Shown one piece after another: positions 9,222-19,346 of a stretch of 41,459 nucleotides of DNA. The position numbers and the translations under genes are program-made. The notes below the pieces were generated by a model that was not told where the DNA came from, did not search any database, and saw only the letters and a list, made by a program, of their open reading frames with translations. Source of the DNA: a virus (Duplodnaviria; Caudoviricetes); IMG/VR virus record IMGVR_UViG_3300032277_000015, positions 1-41,459 of that record. One strand, written 5' to 3'. How positions within the stretch are numbered: the stretch's first letter is position 1; the number at the start of each line of letters is the position of its first letter.

Positions 9222-9670
9222 AGTTTTTCTTTTTTAGTATATTCTTCTATAGTTATAGAATACAATGATTCTTCTACTTGTTTCATGTCTTTGGTGTTCG
9301 TAGGGTTTTTGTGCACGTTTATAAAAACAGAGTCTTCTAAAGACCTTATAAGTCTTTTAGCGCCTTTTATTGATTTTTCATAGCAAGGTGCTATATGCTC
9401 CACGTCTTCCCCGTTTGTTGTAACTATTATCTTACCTTTCATTAAAAACCAAAAATGCTCTGTATGATGCATAGCGCTAACAATAACACAGTCTTTAGGC
9501 ATAGTTAGTTTACGCATATAAAGTTGATCTGAAAAGTTATTTTCTATTTTAAAAACATCATTATTAACTAAGTTTTTCCCATCTCCAAACACAGTGCTAT
9601 CGTTTTTATTAGCTATTAAAATGTTTTGAAAATCCTCTAGTCTTTTAGTGTAATTACTTAACTTATCCAT
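9209..9670 (-). CDS. Cupin-fold protein
   Basis: FSDQLYMRKLTMPKDCVIVSAMHHTEHFWFLMKGKIIV fits the cupin motif 1 pattern (HxxxH...GK plus beta strand). Confidence 0.6.
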   Translation of the reverse strand: MDKLSNYTKRLEDFQNILIANKNDSTVFGDGKNLVNNDVFKIENNFSDQLYMRKLTMPKDCVIVSAMHHTEHFWFLMKGKIIVTTNGEDVEHIAPCYEKSIKGAKRLIRSLEDSVFINVHKNPTNTKDMKQVEESLYSITIEEYTKKEKLWQE

Positions 9671-11382
9671 TAATAACCGTTATTAAAAATATAAGTTGTT
9701 CCTACTGAAAATAATTGCTTTTCACCACCTGGATCTGTTGTTGCATCTGTTGAAAAAGTAACATTAGCATAAAAACCTTTTACGCCTGATATTTGATCAC
9801 CAAAATTTATTTCTCTTTCTGAAACAACAGAATCGTTTATAAGATTTGCAACATATTTATTTTCTTTTCTATCAAATCCAGCTTGATATCTATTTAAAGG
9901 TGGATTAGAAATTCCATAAACAGCAAGATAATTAGCTTTAGCAACAGATAAAGATATGTTTAAATAATCATATTGCTGAACAACTATAGCTTGATTTACA
10001 GTTAATACATTTGTTGCAGTATCAAAACTAACTACAGTTGTTCCAGCTGGAACTCCATCACCAGTTACAACACCACCTACAGGTATTAAAAACACTGATC
10101 CATCGCTTTGACTTGGGTTTAGTGTTACAGTTGTTGGAGTTGCTTGCGCTAATGAAACTAATACATTTAAATTAGATACTACATATTCTCCTTCGTAATA
10201 GCTTTTAACTCCAGATGTATTATCAAAAGTTATAGAATTTGAAGCAGTTGTCCACGTAGCTCCTACAAGTAATTCACCTGTTCTATCGGAAACAAAAGAA
10301 TCCATTTCCCATCCACTACTACCTTCATAGCTGATAGCTTGAAAAGACTTAGAGTTTCCTGGGTTTTGATTAACAACAAAACTAATAGAACTATCAGATG
10401 TAATACCGTAAAAAGTACCTCTTGGTACAGAAGGTTCTCCAAGACTATTTCTTGAGTAGTGTTTAAATAAACCACCGTCTTTAGCGCTCCAAAAAACATT
10501 TCTTAAACTAAATATTTGTTCTGGCTTATAAGTAAAAAAGCTAACCCATCCAGATACTTTTTCATCAAAAGATAATGTAGTAGAGTTTCCGGTTCTTTGA
10601 GTTACTGGGTTTTGTTGCATTGAAACAACATATTGTGAATTATGTATATCATATCCTCCTACAACGTAACCATCAGCAGTACTATCATCTATAGAAATTA
10701 AAGTATCTCTGAAAAAATCTATCATACCATAACCCGATATTTCAGTTATTCCATCAGCGCTTAATCTAAGAATTACATTATTGTTTTTATCTGAAAAATA
10801 CTTTCTATAACCATAAACAGCAAAGCTTTCTGGATTTTTACTTATACCATATTCACCAGCGTAAGGCTGTATTGTTCCAATCACTAAGTTTGAATTAGTA
10901 ATTGAACCACCGCCTTCAGCTGAGTATATTGCATCTTTATCTATCAATGCTCTTGATACTTTGCTTTCTTGAAAAACAACAAGATTAGTATCTTCAGCAT
11001 ATAGCTTTTGTATAGAGCCATTAGAAGGATCTGCACTTTTTGTAATATCTTCAGCTACTGAAAATACATTAGAGTTATTAATACCTGTTCTAGAATTAAA
11101 TATACCTGAGTATATTAAAGAGTTTATTCTAAAAGAAGCTGATTCATCTTCTTCAACTAAATAAGCTTTAGCTCCATAGTCTACTGATGTGTTATTATAT
11201 CCACCTCTAATTCTAGCTTCTTCTATAGCCCAATTTTCATCATCAATAGTATTAGCAACTACTTTATAACCTCCTACATCTTCAGGTATACCAAAAGATC
11301 CATTCCATATAGGCTCGTCACTTTTATTGGTCTTCTTTAATATAAAAGAGTTAAAATATTTAACTTCTACTACTGCTCCCAT
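9670..11382 (-). CDS. Tail nozzle/stabilisation protein, C-terminal part (P22 gp10-like beta-propeller)
   Basis: Motifs LIYSGIFNSRTGINN, GSIQKLYAEDTNLVVFQESKVS, YAGEYGISKNPESFAVYG and GWVSFFTY recall crAss-like/Bacteroidota podovirus stabilisation proteins. Confidence 0.7.
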   Translation of the reverse strand: MGAVVEVKYFNSFILKKTNKSDEPIWNGSFGIPEDVGGYKVVANTIDDENWAIEEARIRGGYNNTSVDYGAKAYLVEEDESASFRINSLIYSGIFNSRTGINNSNVFSVAEDITKSADPSNGSIQKLYAEDTNLVVFQESKVSRALIDKDAIYSAEGGGSITNSNLVIGTIQPYAGEYGISKNPESFAVYGYRKYFSDKNNNVILRLSADGITEISGYGMIDFFRDTLISIDDSTADGYVVGGYDIHNSQYVVSMQQNPVTQRTGNSTTLSFDEKVSGWVSFFTYKPEQIFSLRNVFWSAKDGGLFKHYSRNSLGEPSVPRGTFYGITSDSSISFVVNQNPGNSKSFQAISYEGSSGWEMDSFVSDRTGELLVGATWTTASNSITFDNTSGVKSYYEGEYVVSNLNVLVSLAQATPTTVTLNPSQSDGSVFLIPVGGVVTGDGVPAGTTVVSFDTATNVLTVNQAIVVQQYDYLNISLSVAKANYLAVYGISNPPLNRYQAGFDRKENKYVANLINDSVVSEREINFGDQISGVKGFYANVTFSTDATTDPGGEKQLFSVGTTYIFNNGY

Positions 11383-11412
11383 ATGTTAATTATCACTTAT
11401 TTTTATTTTTAA

Positions 11413-14400
11413 TTACAATTCAACTTGCCAGTTGTATAAGTTTACAACAGACTGTGGTATAACTACACCACCGCCGTCCCATGGAGCGAGTCCAACAAAA
11501 ACATCATCAATAGTTGATCCAGTTTGTTGCCCAAATATACCATATGGAGGACCTTCTATTGGCGGGATTGCGGGTCCTAGTCTTCTTATATATTTACACT
11601 TTGATCGCCATTCAAATTCACATGCAGCTTCGGTAACTCCTCTTATAAGTCTAGCTCCAGTATTTGGATAAGCTATATTTACATCAGTACTACCTCCTAT
11701 TATTGTTAAATTATTTGTGCCTTCTAATCGTTTTATTCCACCTCCTAAACCAGCATTTGGTCCAAAACCATTATTATCTCCACCATTTACTAAAAAACTA
11801 ACACTAGTTCCATTTTGATAATCATTTCCTGTTAGAGGATCAAAAAAGCCGCCTTGATTAAAAAAGTATTGATTTGTATTTGTTGGAAAAGGCTGATAAT
11901 TAGGTAGTACAGGTGAGAGAGTTATACCATCGCCGTTAGTTGAATCCCAAGGTCCATTATATAGATAAAAACCAAGAGCTCCACTAGGACCCGCTGTTAC
12001 TTCAAATGTAGTATAATACTGAATTACAGTGTTATTATTAGAAGGGCCTCTAAGCCCGTCGTTATCATCTACAGTAGACGCTAGTGCATATGTTTTTACG
12101 TTTTCAACTGTTACACCATAATCTACTACAAAACTAACAGTTGCTTGATCAGCTTCATTACCTGCATCTTGAACAGTGATTGTTACATTATATCGATCTG
12201 TTGGAGTATTTTCACCTCCAGTATTTAAAACGTCTAACTCAAATTCTCCACTTGTAGGGTTTAGCACAGGAGTATTAGCAAATCCAAAATAACCATTATT
12301 TGTTACATTGTCTCCGTTGGAATTAGTTACTTCTGAAATTACAATATCATTGTTGCCAGGATTATTAGAATCAAAATTAAAAATACTTGACAATGAAACA
12401 TTTGCACTTCCATTTTTACATTTAAGAGTTGTAATAGGACCTGCTGCTGTAGTTTGTGTTTGAATAACTTGAGCAGCGGTTGGACTTGATATAGTTGGAT
12501 CTATATTTATTAAATTTAAGTTTAATTCAAAAACAGATTCTAAGTTATTTACTACAGCTTTAAGATCTATAATAAAGTTTCTTTCATTAGGATCATCACT
12601 ATAATAAACATTATTAAAGTAAGCCGGAAGAATTTTTATATTATAACCATTGTTACCTGCGCCACTTGTTTCAATTAATTCAAAATAATCAACATCTAAT
12701 GCACCGTTTAAATCTGATTGACTAATTATTTGTAAAGCAGAACCAAGAGGCGATTGAATAGACGTATTAGGTACTGGAGAATTAAAATTATCAACAATAA
12801 GAATAGTTGAACTAGAAACATTCGCATTTGCTAATAAATCTTCTTTAAAAATATCTGGATTAAAACCAAATAAAGAAGCTCCACCAGATGATTCATTTAA
12901 AACAGCATTGTTTAAATCTGATATAAGACCAGATGTAGATGTTTCCCAAAATATATCTAATAAACTTTCTTGAGGCTCTGTTTCGTAAACTGCAAGATAC
13001 TGAATACCTGGATCTGCATCTCTAGTAATAGTTATATCAGTGTTTATAACTGCATTTACAGCTTGATCTACTGTTATTGTAGCAAGATCGTTTACTAGTA
13101 TTACTTGCCCAGGACTTACGTTTACAATATTACTTAAAACTACACTAGTTGTTCCGCTTACAGATGTAATTATAGTTCCTTCTGGTATTCCAGTGCCTGA
13201 TACTACAGAGTTAGGAGTTGGAGGCGGTGAAGTAATTGTTTCAACTACATTTCCACTACTACCACTTGTAGCTACTGTAAAAGAAGCTAAAGAAGCTCCA
13301 GGTACAAAAGGCCCAGAAACTTTTAAATCTTCAGGAAAACCAGGTCCTGAAACAATATCACCTATAGCTATACCTCCAGGTGCAGTTGAAACATTTCCAG
13401 AAGTGCTAGATAACTTTAAAACACTTGTAAATTCACTAACACCTATAGTTGCTGTAACAGTTTGATAATTTGTTGTTGATATTTGACCTATTTGTTTATT
13501 TGTACTTATTCTAGCTATAAGAGGATTTGAATCTAAAGAATAAAACTGTGGAAAGTAATTTGGTCTTGGCACATCTTCTCCAACTGGACTATATTCAAAT
13601 AAATCACTTACTGTAGATATAGTTGAAACTGTGTCAGATGATCTTCTAGGATAATATTGAGTATTTGCACTACCTATGTTATTCGCTGTAATAGCTGTGC
13701 TTGTGTTTTCTACACGACCAAAAAGCTGAACAGAACTTCTAAATTGTCTTTGCTCAGGACCTACTTCTGATAAATCTCTAGGCACTTTATTTATATTATC
13801 GTTTATTAAAACCATATGAGATGTTTTACCAAGCTCTAAGGTTTGATCTTGTGGATATGAAGCCATAATTCCAGGTAAATAAACATTATAGTAATCTTGC
13901 TCTGTTTGCTTAATTACTATTTTGTAAGTGTACCAACCCAATGGATTATAGTTTAAACTAGTGGGATCTCCATCATAAAGTCCAGGAGTACCAGTTTGAG
14001 GGTTTTTAAACGAAGATATAGTTTCATTAAATAAAAGCTTTAAAGAATCTCCCGGCCAATCATTAGGCGCATAAAAACCAGACTTATTCTTATAACTTGA
14101 ATATATTGTATCTCCAGAAAAACTAAAAGTTCCAACCTTAACAGTGTCTTTGTTATTTGAAAGTAAAACGCTTGAAGTTCTACCGTATCTATCAGATAAT
14201 ACAACTCCTGCTTGATAGTTTCTATTTGTTTTTAAGGAGCTATTAGGATATTCTATTATACTAGTATTGTTTTCAGTGTCTCCACCAGCTTCGTATAATA
14301 CAATGTTAGTAGCAATTATATTTGTAACAGTGTTTGATAATGTAATTACAAAATTTCCTGAACTAGGAGGTGTTTCAGTTACAGAAGTTATTTGCGTGTT

Positions 14401-16317
14401 TGGAGGTATGTTACCTGTGCCTGATACTAAAGAAATAAAATCTCCAACACTTGGAGCTTCAGCACCTTTTTGTATTGTTATAGTTGTTCCACTTGCAGTG
14501 CCAACGCTTACATCACCTTCTTCTCTGTTTAAATTAAAAGCAGATTTATCAGAAACAGCTACATTGTAGTTTAAACTAGCAGGTGGTGTATGCTTATCTT
14601 GATAGTTACCATATATAACTCTATTTCCAGAAACTTCTTGAGCAAAAGCCCTTACAGGTATTTTGTCAAAAACTCTAGTGGTAACATTTTCTGGTAATGT
14701 TTTAAATGGCTTTTTTGATTGATAATTGTAAACAAAATAATTAGGATTGTTTGTATTTAATACAGCGTCATCAACTAAAGTTTGAGCAACACTTAAAGTA
14801 ATTGTACCCCCAGTAGAAGGATTGTTTAAGTTTGTAGGTACATAGTCTGTAACTTTTGGTTTACCTGTTATTCCAAAACCAGTTACTAAATCACCAACGT
14901 TAATTCCTCCTTGTAAATTATCTATAGCAAAAGATGTTGAGCCTGGAGCCGCGACTGCTCCATTAACCTTAAATGTTCCAGCTGAACTTGCTATATTACT
15001 AACAGGTAATGTATCAACCACTTTTATAGCTACAGCATCAGACTCTTTGTAAAGTATGTCTATATTTTTAATTTTTAAACTATCTTCAATGTCATAGTTT
15101 AAGTATGGTAAAGGTATTCTAAGCTCTATATCGTTTACTTTATTTTCAACAAAAGAAACAACTGTACTTCTATAAGCATCAGATTGATCATCTACTTCAC
15201 TTATATTATCTTGCTTTACATACATGAAATAACCATCTTGTTTTGGTATAAATGCTATTTGAGTAAATGGAGCAATTAATGAATATTCATTGTCTTCAAA
15301 TTGAAATCTATAACTAAACCTAGAGAATTTGTCTTCTAAGTAATCTGGATCACCAGCAAAGTCTGGATCGTAATAAGGGTTGTAATTTAATATTATTTCT
15401 GTACCCGCGTTTAAGTTTACAAAAACAGCAGAAGTTGCGGTTATTGTCCAATAAGGTGTTGCTCCAGGGGTAAAAGTATAACTTAAAACTTCAGAACTTG
15501 CGATTGGAATTATTAAGCCAGTTGAATTATCAACATATGCTAAAGAAGCACCTGTGGTGTAATTTCCACTACTAGTTACTATGTCTCCTTCAAAAGAAGT
15601 TAATTCTACTGTAGCTTGAGGCGTAGCTCCAATAGTGGTTTTTACAACTCCAGCTCCACCGTTTGGATAAAATTTACTAACAACGTCTTTCATTGTTGAT
15701 TCATAATTATCACCAGTAGATAAAAAACTTTCTTGATAAAGCTCCATACAAGAATATGGGTTGTATTTAGCTACAGATATTTGATCTTCAGTTGTATAAT
15801 ATGTTGGATTAGGAAGATTAGAAGGATTAGCTAAGTCTAAGTTGATTTTTCTTGGTTGATTTCTATTATCAGTCCAAAAAAGTAAATTCTCTAATACATT
15901 AACTCCATATATTGGATTTAATTGTGAGAAATTTAAAAAAGCTCCTTCAACTAAAAGTATTAAGTCATTTGATTGTACGTTACAAGCAAATATAAAATTA
16001 TTAGCAGTAGTGCTATATCCACCTGCTTTTTCAAGTGGAGTTGTTGGTGTTGGCCAATCTGTTAAAAATACATAAACTGTATTTAATTGATCGTTAGTAG
16101 CATATCCTATACAGTATAAGTTTGCAATACCTGTTCTTGCTTGAAAATCAAAAATCTTATTATTACCTAAAATGTTTTCAACTGATCCAACAGAATCTCC
16201 TTCTGATCTACTTACCTGAATATTTACAGCATTTCTGTATTCTCCGCTTGGTACTATACGAGCGTCCAAGTCTTTATTCATCTTGGACTTTAAAAAAGTA
16301 TTTAAAGCTTTAGCCAT
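11413..16317 (-). CDS. Tail nozzle/stabilisation protein, N-terminal part with beta-rich insertions, 1634 aa
   Basis: N-terminus KMNKDLDARIVPSGEYRNAVNI, LLFWTDNRNQPRKIN, FSYRFQFEDNEYS and QEVSGNRVIYGNY are motifs typical of this family. Follows the ring genes. Confidence 0.7.
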   Translation of the reverse strand: MAKALNTFLKSKMNKDLDARIVPSGEYRNAVNIQVSRSEGDSVGSVENILGNNKIFDFQARTGIANLYCIGYATNDQLNTVYVFLTDWPTPTTPLEKAGGYSTTANNFIFACNVQSNDLILLVEGAFLNFSQLNPIYGVNVLENLLFWTDNRNQPRKINLDLANPSNLPNPTYYTTEDQISVAKYNPYSCMELYQESFLSTGDNYESTMKDVVSKFYPNGGAGVVKTTIGATPQATVELTSFEGDIVTSSGNYTTGASLAYVDNSTGLIIPIASSEVLSYTFTPGATPYWTITATSAVFVNLNAGTEIILNYNPYYDPDFAGDPDYLEDKFSRFSYRFQFEDNEYSLIAPFTQIAFIPKQDGYFMYVKQDNISEVDDQSDAYRSTVVSFVENKVNDIELRIPLPYLNYDIEDSLKIKNIDILYKESDAVAIKVVDTLPVSNIASSAGTFKVNGAVAAPGSTSFAIDNLQGGINVGDLVTGFGITGKPKVTDYVPTNLNNPSTGGTITLSVAQTLVDDAVLNTNNPNYFVYNYQSKKPFKTLPENVTTRVFDKIPVRAFAQEVSGNRVIYGNYQDKHTPPASLNYNVAVSDKSAFNLNREEGDVSVGTASGTTITIQKGAEAPSVGDFISLVSGTGNIPPNTQITSVTETPPSSGNFVITLSNTVTNIIATNIVLYEAGGDTENNTSIIEYPNSSLKTNRNYQAGVVLSDRYGRTSSVLLSNNKDTVKVGTFSFSGDTIYSSYKNKSGFYAPNDWPGDSLKLLFNETISSFKNPQTGTPGLYDGDPTSLNYNPLGWYTYKIVIKQTEQDYYNVYLPGIMASYPQDQTLELGKTSHMVLINDNINKVPRDLSEVGPEQRQFRSSVQLFGRVENTSTAITANNIGSANTQYYPRRSSDTVSTISTVSDLFEYSPVGEDVPRPNYFPQFYSLDSNPLIARISTNKQIGQISTTNYQTVTATIGVSEFTSVLKLSSTSGNVSTAPGGIAIGDIVSGPGFPEDLKVSGPFVPGASLASFTVATSGSSGNVVETITSPPPTPNSVVSGTGIPEGTIITSVSGTTSVVLSNIVNVSPGQVILVNDLATITVDQAVNAVINTDITITRDADPGIQYLAVYETEPQESLLDIFWETSTSGLISDLNNAVLNESSGGASLFGFNPDIFKEDLLANANVSSSTILIVDNFNSPVPNTSIQSPLGSALQIISQSDLNGALDVDYFELIETSGAGNNGYNIKILPAYFNNVYYSDDPNERNFIIDLKAVVNNLESVFELNLNLINIDPTISSPTAAQVIQTQTTAAGPITTLKCKNGSANVSLSSIFNFDSNNPGNNDIVISEVTNSNGDNVTNNGYFGFANTPVLNPTSGEFELDVLNTGGENTPTDRYNVTITVQDAGNEADQATVSFVVDYGVTVENVKTYALASTVDDNDGLRGPSNNNTVIQYYTTFEVTAGPSGALGFYLYNGPWDSTNGDGITLSPVLPNYQPFPTNTNQYFFNQGGFFDPLTGNDYQNGTSVSFLVNGGDNNGFGPNAGLGGGIKRLEGTNNLTIIGGSTDVNIAYPNTGARLIRGVTEAACEFEWRSKCKYIRRLGPAIPPIEGPPYGIFGQQTGSTIDDVFVGLAPWDGGGVVIPQSVVNLYNWQVEL

Positions 16318-16323
16318 TTAATT

Positions 16324-17553
16324 TTAGTGTTTAATCCATTTAGATTTACCTCTCATTACTTGAGATATTTCGTCAAGCTTAATGTTTGATAATCTTATCT
16401 TAGCATTTCTTAGTTTAGCATATCTTTCTTTCTTTAATCTTTGAACTATATACTCTGGTTGATTTGCACGAGTAGATATTATAGCATGTAATATATGTGC
16501 ATATAAAGCTTCTTCTGCCATTTTAGGTATTCTAGTATCTGAATCATATGCTAAGCCATCAGATATGTATTCTAATACAATTAAGCGATCTACTAAGTGA
16601 CTAGAAAAAGACATTTTACCTTCTCTTTCATTTAAGTTAAAGTAACCGTTAATATTAGCTAATTGAGGTTCTAATCCATATAATCTTCCAAAATCTCTAA
16701 ATCCAATAAATTCACCGTTTTGATTAAAGTTAAAAGAAAATTCATTTATACCACCTAAACCAGAGTCATCAATTAAAAAATCTCTAGCATCACCAGTGTG
16801 CCATCTTTCTTGAGTAATCGATGTACCTTCAATATCTGAGCCAAAGTTATCTTGCGTTGGAACTCCTTTTTCATCTTGTATCTGCGTATAGTAAGGACTT
16901 ATTGTAAGATTGTTTGTAGGGTAGATAATATGCTTAACACCTAATTGATCGATCCAAGAAGCTCTAACATAATTAACGTAATCCTGAGGTAGTGCTAATG
17001 TTAAACTAGCAGGTATTGTTAATTCAGCTGATTTAATACTTTTCAATGTATCATAGCTAAACTCTTGTAAACCTCTTTTAGCAAAAAACAATACATCAGA
17101 TTTTTTAGCTGTTTGTATTAGCTTTCCATCACCTACGTAACCAACCATAAAGTTATCTATAGCATCATTAAGCGTAATATATGAGTAACTACCATAATTA
17201 TCTTCAACTATTTGACCGTATGCTTTTTCAGCTTCTGTACTACCATATAATCCACCATCTAGTTTTTTTAACTGAACAACTATATAAAGACCGGTAGCTG
17301 GAGCAACAGGAAATGTTACTGCATTATCTACAACTGTAAACGTTGTAATGTATTCTGAATAAGATCCAGGTAATCCAGTAGAACTTGTATATAGCTTAAA
17401 GTTGTTTAAAGCGTAGTTAATATTATTAGGATCAAAACTTCCTAAAACTAAATCTGTATCAAATGTAGTTTTAAAATCTAGTTTAGCATTATCACCTCTA
17501 AAGCCTTGAGCGCCTTGATAATATTGTTGGTTAGTTTCAGTTATTAAGCTCAT
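16324..17553 (-). CDS. Head-tail ring/adaptor protein
   Basis: Motifs AKRGLQEFSYD, LPQDYVNYV and LEYISDG plus a basic helical C-terminus; synteny between capsid and nozzle. Confidence 0.6.
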   Translation of the reverse strand: MSLITETNQQYYQGAQGFRGDNAKLDFKTTFDTDLVLGSFDPNNINYALNNFKLYTSSTGLPGSYSEYITTFTVVDNAVTFPVAPATGLYIVVQLKKLDGGLYGSTEAEKAYGQIVEDNYGSYSYITLNDAIDNFMVGYVGDGKLIQTAKKSDVLFFAKRGLQEFSYDTLKSIKSAELTIPASLTLALPQDYVNYVRASWIDQLGVKHIIYPTNNLTISPYYTQIQDEKGVPTQDNFGSDIEGTSITQERWHTGDARDFLIDDSGLGGINEFSFNFNQNGEFIGFRDFGRLYGLEPQLANINGYFNLNEREGKMSFSSHLVDRLIVLEYISDGLAYDSDTRIPKMAEEALYAHILHAIISTRANQPEYIVQRLKKERYAKLRNAKIRLSNIKLDEISQVMRGKSKWIKH

Positions 17554-17556
17554 TTA

Positions 17557-18333
17557 TTATGATTTTTCGTTAATTGAAGTTTCTTGAATATCTTGAGCAG
17601 CTGCTTGAATTATAGTTGGATTATTTATTATTACGCCGCAATATTTAAGTATTCTCATTATAATATCTGATTGCTCAGAAATATCTAAATCAAAGTTTAC
17701 TGATGAAGAAGAGTTGTAAACATATGAGTTGCTTGGTCCAGGTATAAATCTCCAAAAAGGAGTAGATGGTTCAAATAAAACATTTACAAGAACAGTATTT
17801 GGTTCTGGATTTATATTTAGCAACGCTCCTGTTGTTGCGTTTGTAACTAAAGAAGATGGACTAGTGTAGAAAATAGGCTGCTGTTTTGTTGGTTTTGTTA
17901 GCTTTGATCTTGTAATTTTATTATAATCATTTTTACTAACAAGTTGAGTTATTGAATCAATATTGCTATTACCTGTATAGGTAGATATAACGTCTCCTAT
18001 ATTATAAATAGTTCTATTAATTAATCCAGCCGCGCCATTCGCTGGATAATAAAAAGGTTGACCAGTAGCTGATTGAATATATGCAACCTCTTCTATAAAT
18101 GGAGCGAGTTTATACGAAATGTTTTTAAAAATATTAAAAAATTCAGTATCATTTTGAGAATTGTTTTGATTAAAGCGGTTAACTTGATTTCCGTCTGGAA
18201 AATATGATTGAAATATTTCACCTTGAACTTGAGCAGCTAAACTATTAAATTCAGCCGGTGTTACATAACCTCTTTGCTCTTTGTTTAATATAAACAAGAC
18301 TGTTTGATATACTGTATTTATATTTACCGCCAT
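17557..18333 (-). CDS. Head-tail ring/adaptor protein (tail tubular A / P22 gp4-like)
   Basis: N-terminus VYQTVLFILNKEQRGYVTPAEFN and C-terminal ILKYCGVII helix recall crAss-like ring proteins; synteny. Confidence 0.6.
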   Translation of the reverse strand: MAVNINTVYQTVLFILNKEQRGYVTPAEFNSLAAQVQGEIFQSYFPDGNQVNRFNQNNSQNDTEFFNIFKNISYKLAPFIEEVAYIQSATGQPFYYPANGAAGLINRTIYNIGDVISTYTGNSNIDSITQLVSKNDYNKITRSKLTKPTKQQPIFYTSPSSLVTNATTGALLNINPEPNTVLVNVLFEPSTPFWRFIPGPSNSYVYNSSSSVNFDLDISEQSDIIMRILKYCGVIINNPTIIQAAAQDIQETSINEKS

Positions 18334-18356
18334 TTTTATTTTTTATTATAATACAT

Positions 18357-18380
18357 TGGAGACCACTTACGTAGCCTCCA
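18357..18380 (-). other. GNRA-capped RNA hairpin in intergenic region
   Basis: Minus strand TGGAGGCTAC-GTAA-GTGGTCTCCA forms a 10-bp stem with two G-U pairs and a GTAA loop; no U-tract follows. Confidence 0.6.
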
Positions 18381-18401
18381 GTATATTAGTATTACCTGTT
18401 T

Positions 18402-19226
18402 TTATAGTTTTTTATCTATAGACTTATAGATTTCTACACCTTCGTCGGTTTTTAAGAAAGCCGCAAACGCTGAGTAAGGGTTTTCGTCAAAAGGAACATT
18501 CATTAGTTTTCTATCGTTTGATCCCCAAGTAAAGGTTCTTTGATCTCCTGATAAAACTATAATTCCAGCTTCAGATGCTTTGATAGCAAAGTTTCTTAAC
18601 TGTACGTTTTCATCGTTAGCTAAGTTAATAAAAAGTGCTGGACTGCTTTTAGCAAATAACAATAAATCTCTTTTAAGTTCTTTAGAACTCATTGTATTTA
18701 CTTGAGATCCTTTTTCAACACGTAATATAGCCTCAGCCTGATCTATGTCCATGTGTCTAGCAGCATTTAAAGCATCTATTTGAAGATCTAAAACATCAAG
18801 TTCGTCTTCTGCTACTTCTGTTGCACTAAACTCTTCATATATTTTGCCTTTTAAAGGATGATATAATGATAATAGTTTTTGTAAATTTTGTTGTGTTTTA
18901 GCAACTTTTAAATCTCCATCTCTGAATCTAATGTGACCCATCGTGCATTCCCCTTTTTGTTCATCAACTAAAGGTGAATCTTGATTAGTTGCATATCTTA
19001 TTTCCCTTTGTTTTCCAGTTTTTTCATCAAAGTATAATAAAGCATGTTTTCTTGTATGTCTACTTGGAATTGTTAAAGTTAAAGGACTTTTGTTTCCTTT
19101 TAGATAATAAACTCTATCTTTGATTTCCCACGTATTTTCTGTAGGTTTTACTGGAGTAGTAACTTGTGTTACAACTTCTTCTTGAGGTGCAACCTCAACT
19201 TGCTTTGCTTTAGCTTGTTTAGCCAT
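18402..19226 (-). CDS. Conserved phage protein downstream of the major capsid gene (structural or assembly associated)
   Basis: ORF track, 274 aa; position only. Confidence 0.5.
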   Translation of the reverse strand: MAKQAKAKQVEVAPQEEVVTQVTTPVKPTENTWEIKDRVYYLKGNKSPLTLTIPSRHTRKHALLYFDEKTGKQREIRYATNQDSPLVDEQKGECTMGHIRFRDGDLKVAKTQQNLQKLLSLYHPLKGKIYEEFSATEVAEDELDVLDLQIDALNAARHMDIDQAEAILRVEKGSQVNTMSSKELKRDLLLFAKSSPALFINLANDENVQLRNFAIKASEAGIIVLSGDQRTFTWGSNDRKLMNVPFDENPYSAFAAFLKTDEGVEIYKSIDKKL

Positions 19227-19254
19227 AATATAATAAAATTAAATAGTTTAAAAA

Positions 19255-19300
19255 TGTGACAATAGCCTTAGTATATAAATAGTAATGGGCTAATGTCATA
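19255..19300. repeat. TGTGACA inverted-repeat element, copy A
   Basis: TGTGACAATAGCC-N20-GGCTAATGTCATA; arms 11/13 complementary; homologous to copies at 37957 and 38379 in opposite orientation. Confidence 0.8.
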
Positions 19301-19301
19301 T

Positions 19302-19325
19302 AAAAACCCCCACCCGAAGGCGGGG
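19302..19325 (-). terminator. Rho-independent terminator after the major capsid gene
   Basis: Minus strand CCCCGCC-TTCG-GGTGGGG-GTTTTT, about 20 nt after the capsid stop codon. Confidence 0.85.
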
Positions 19326-19346
19326 ATTGTTATTAATATTGAGTAA

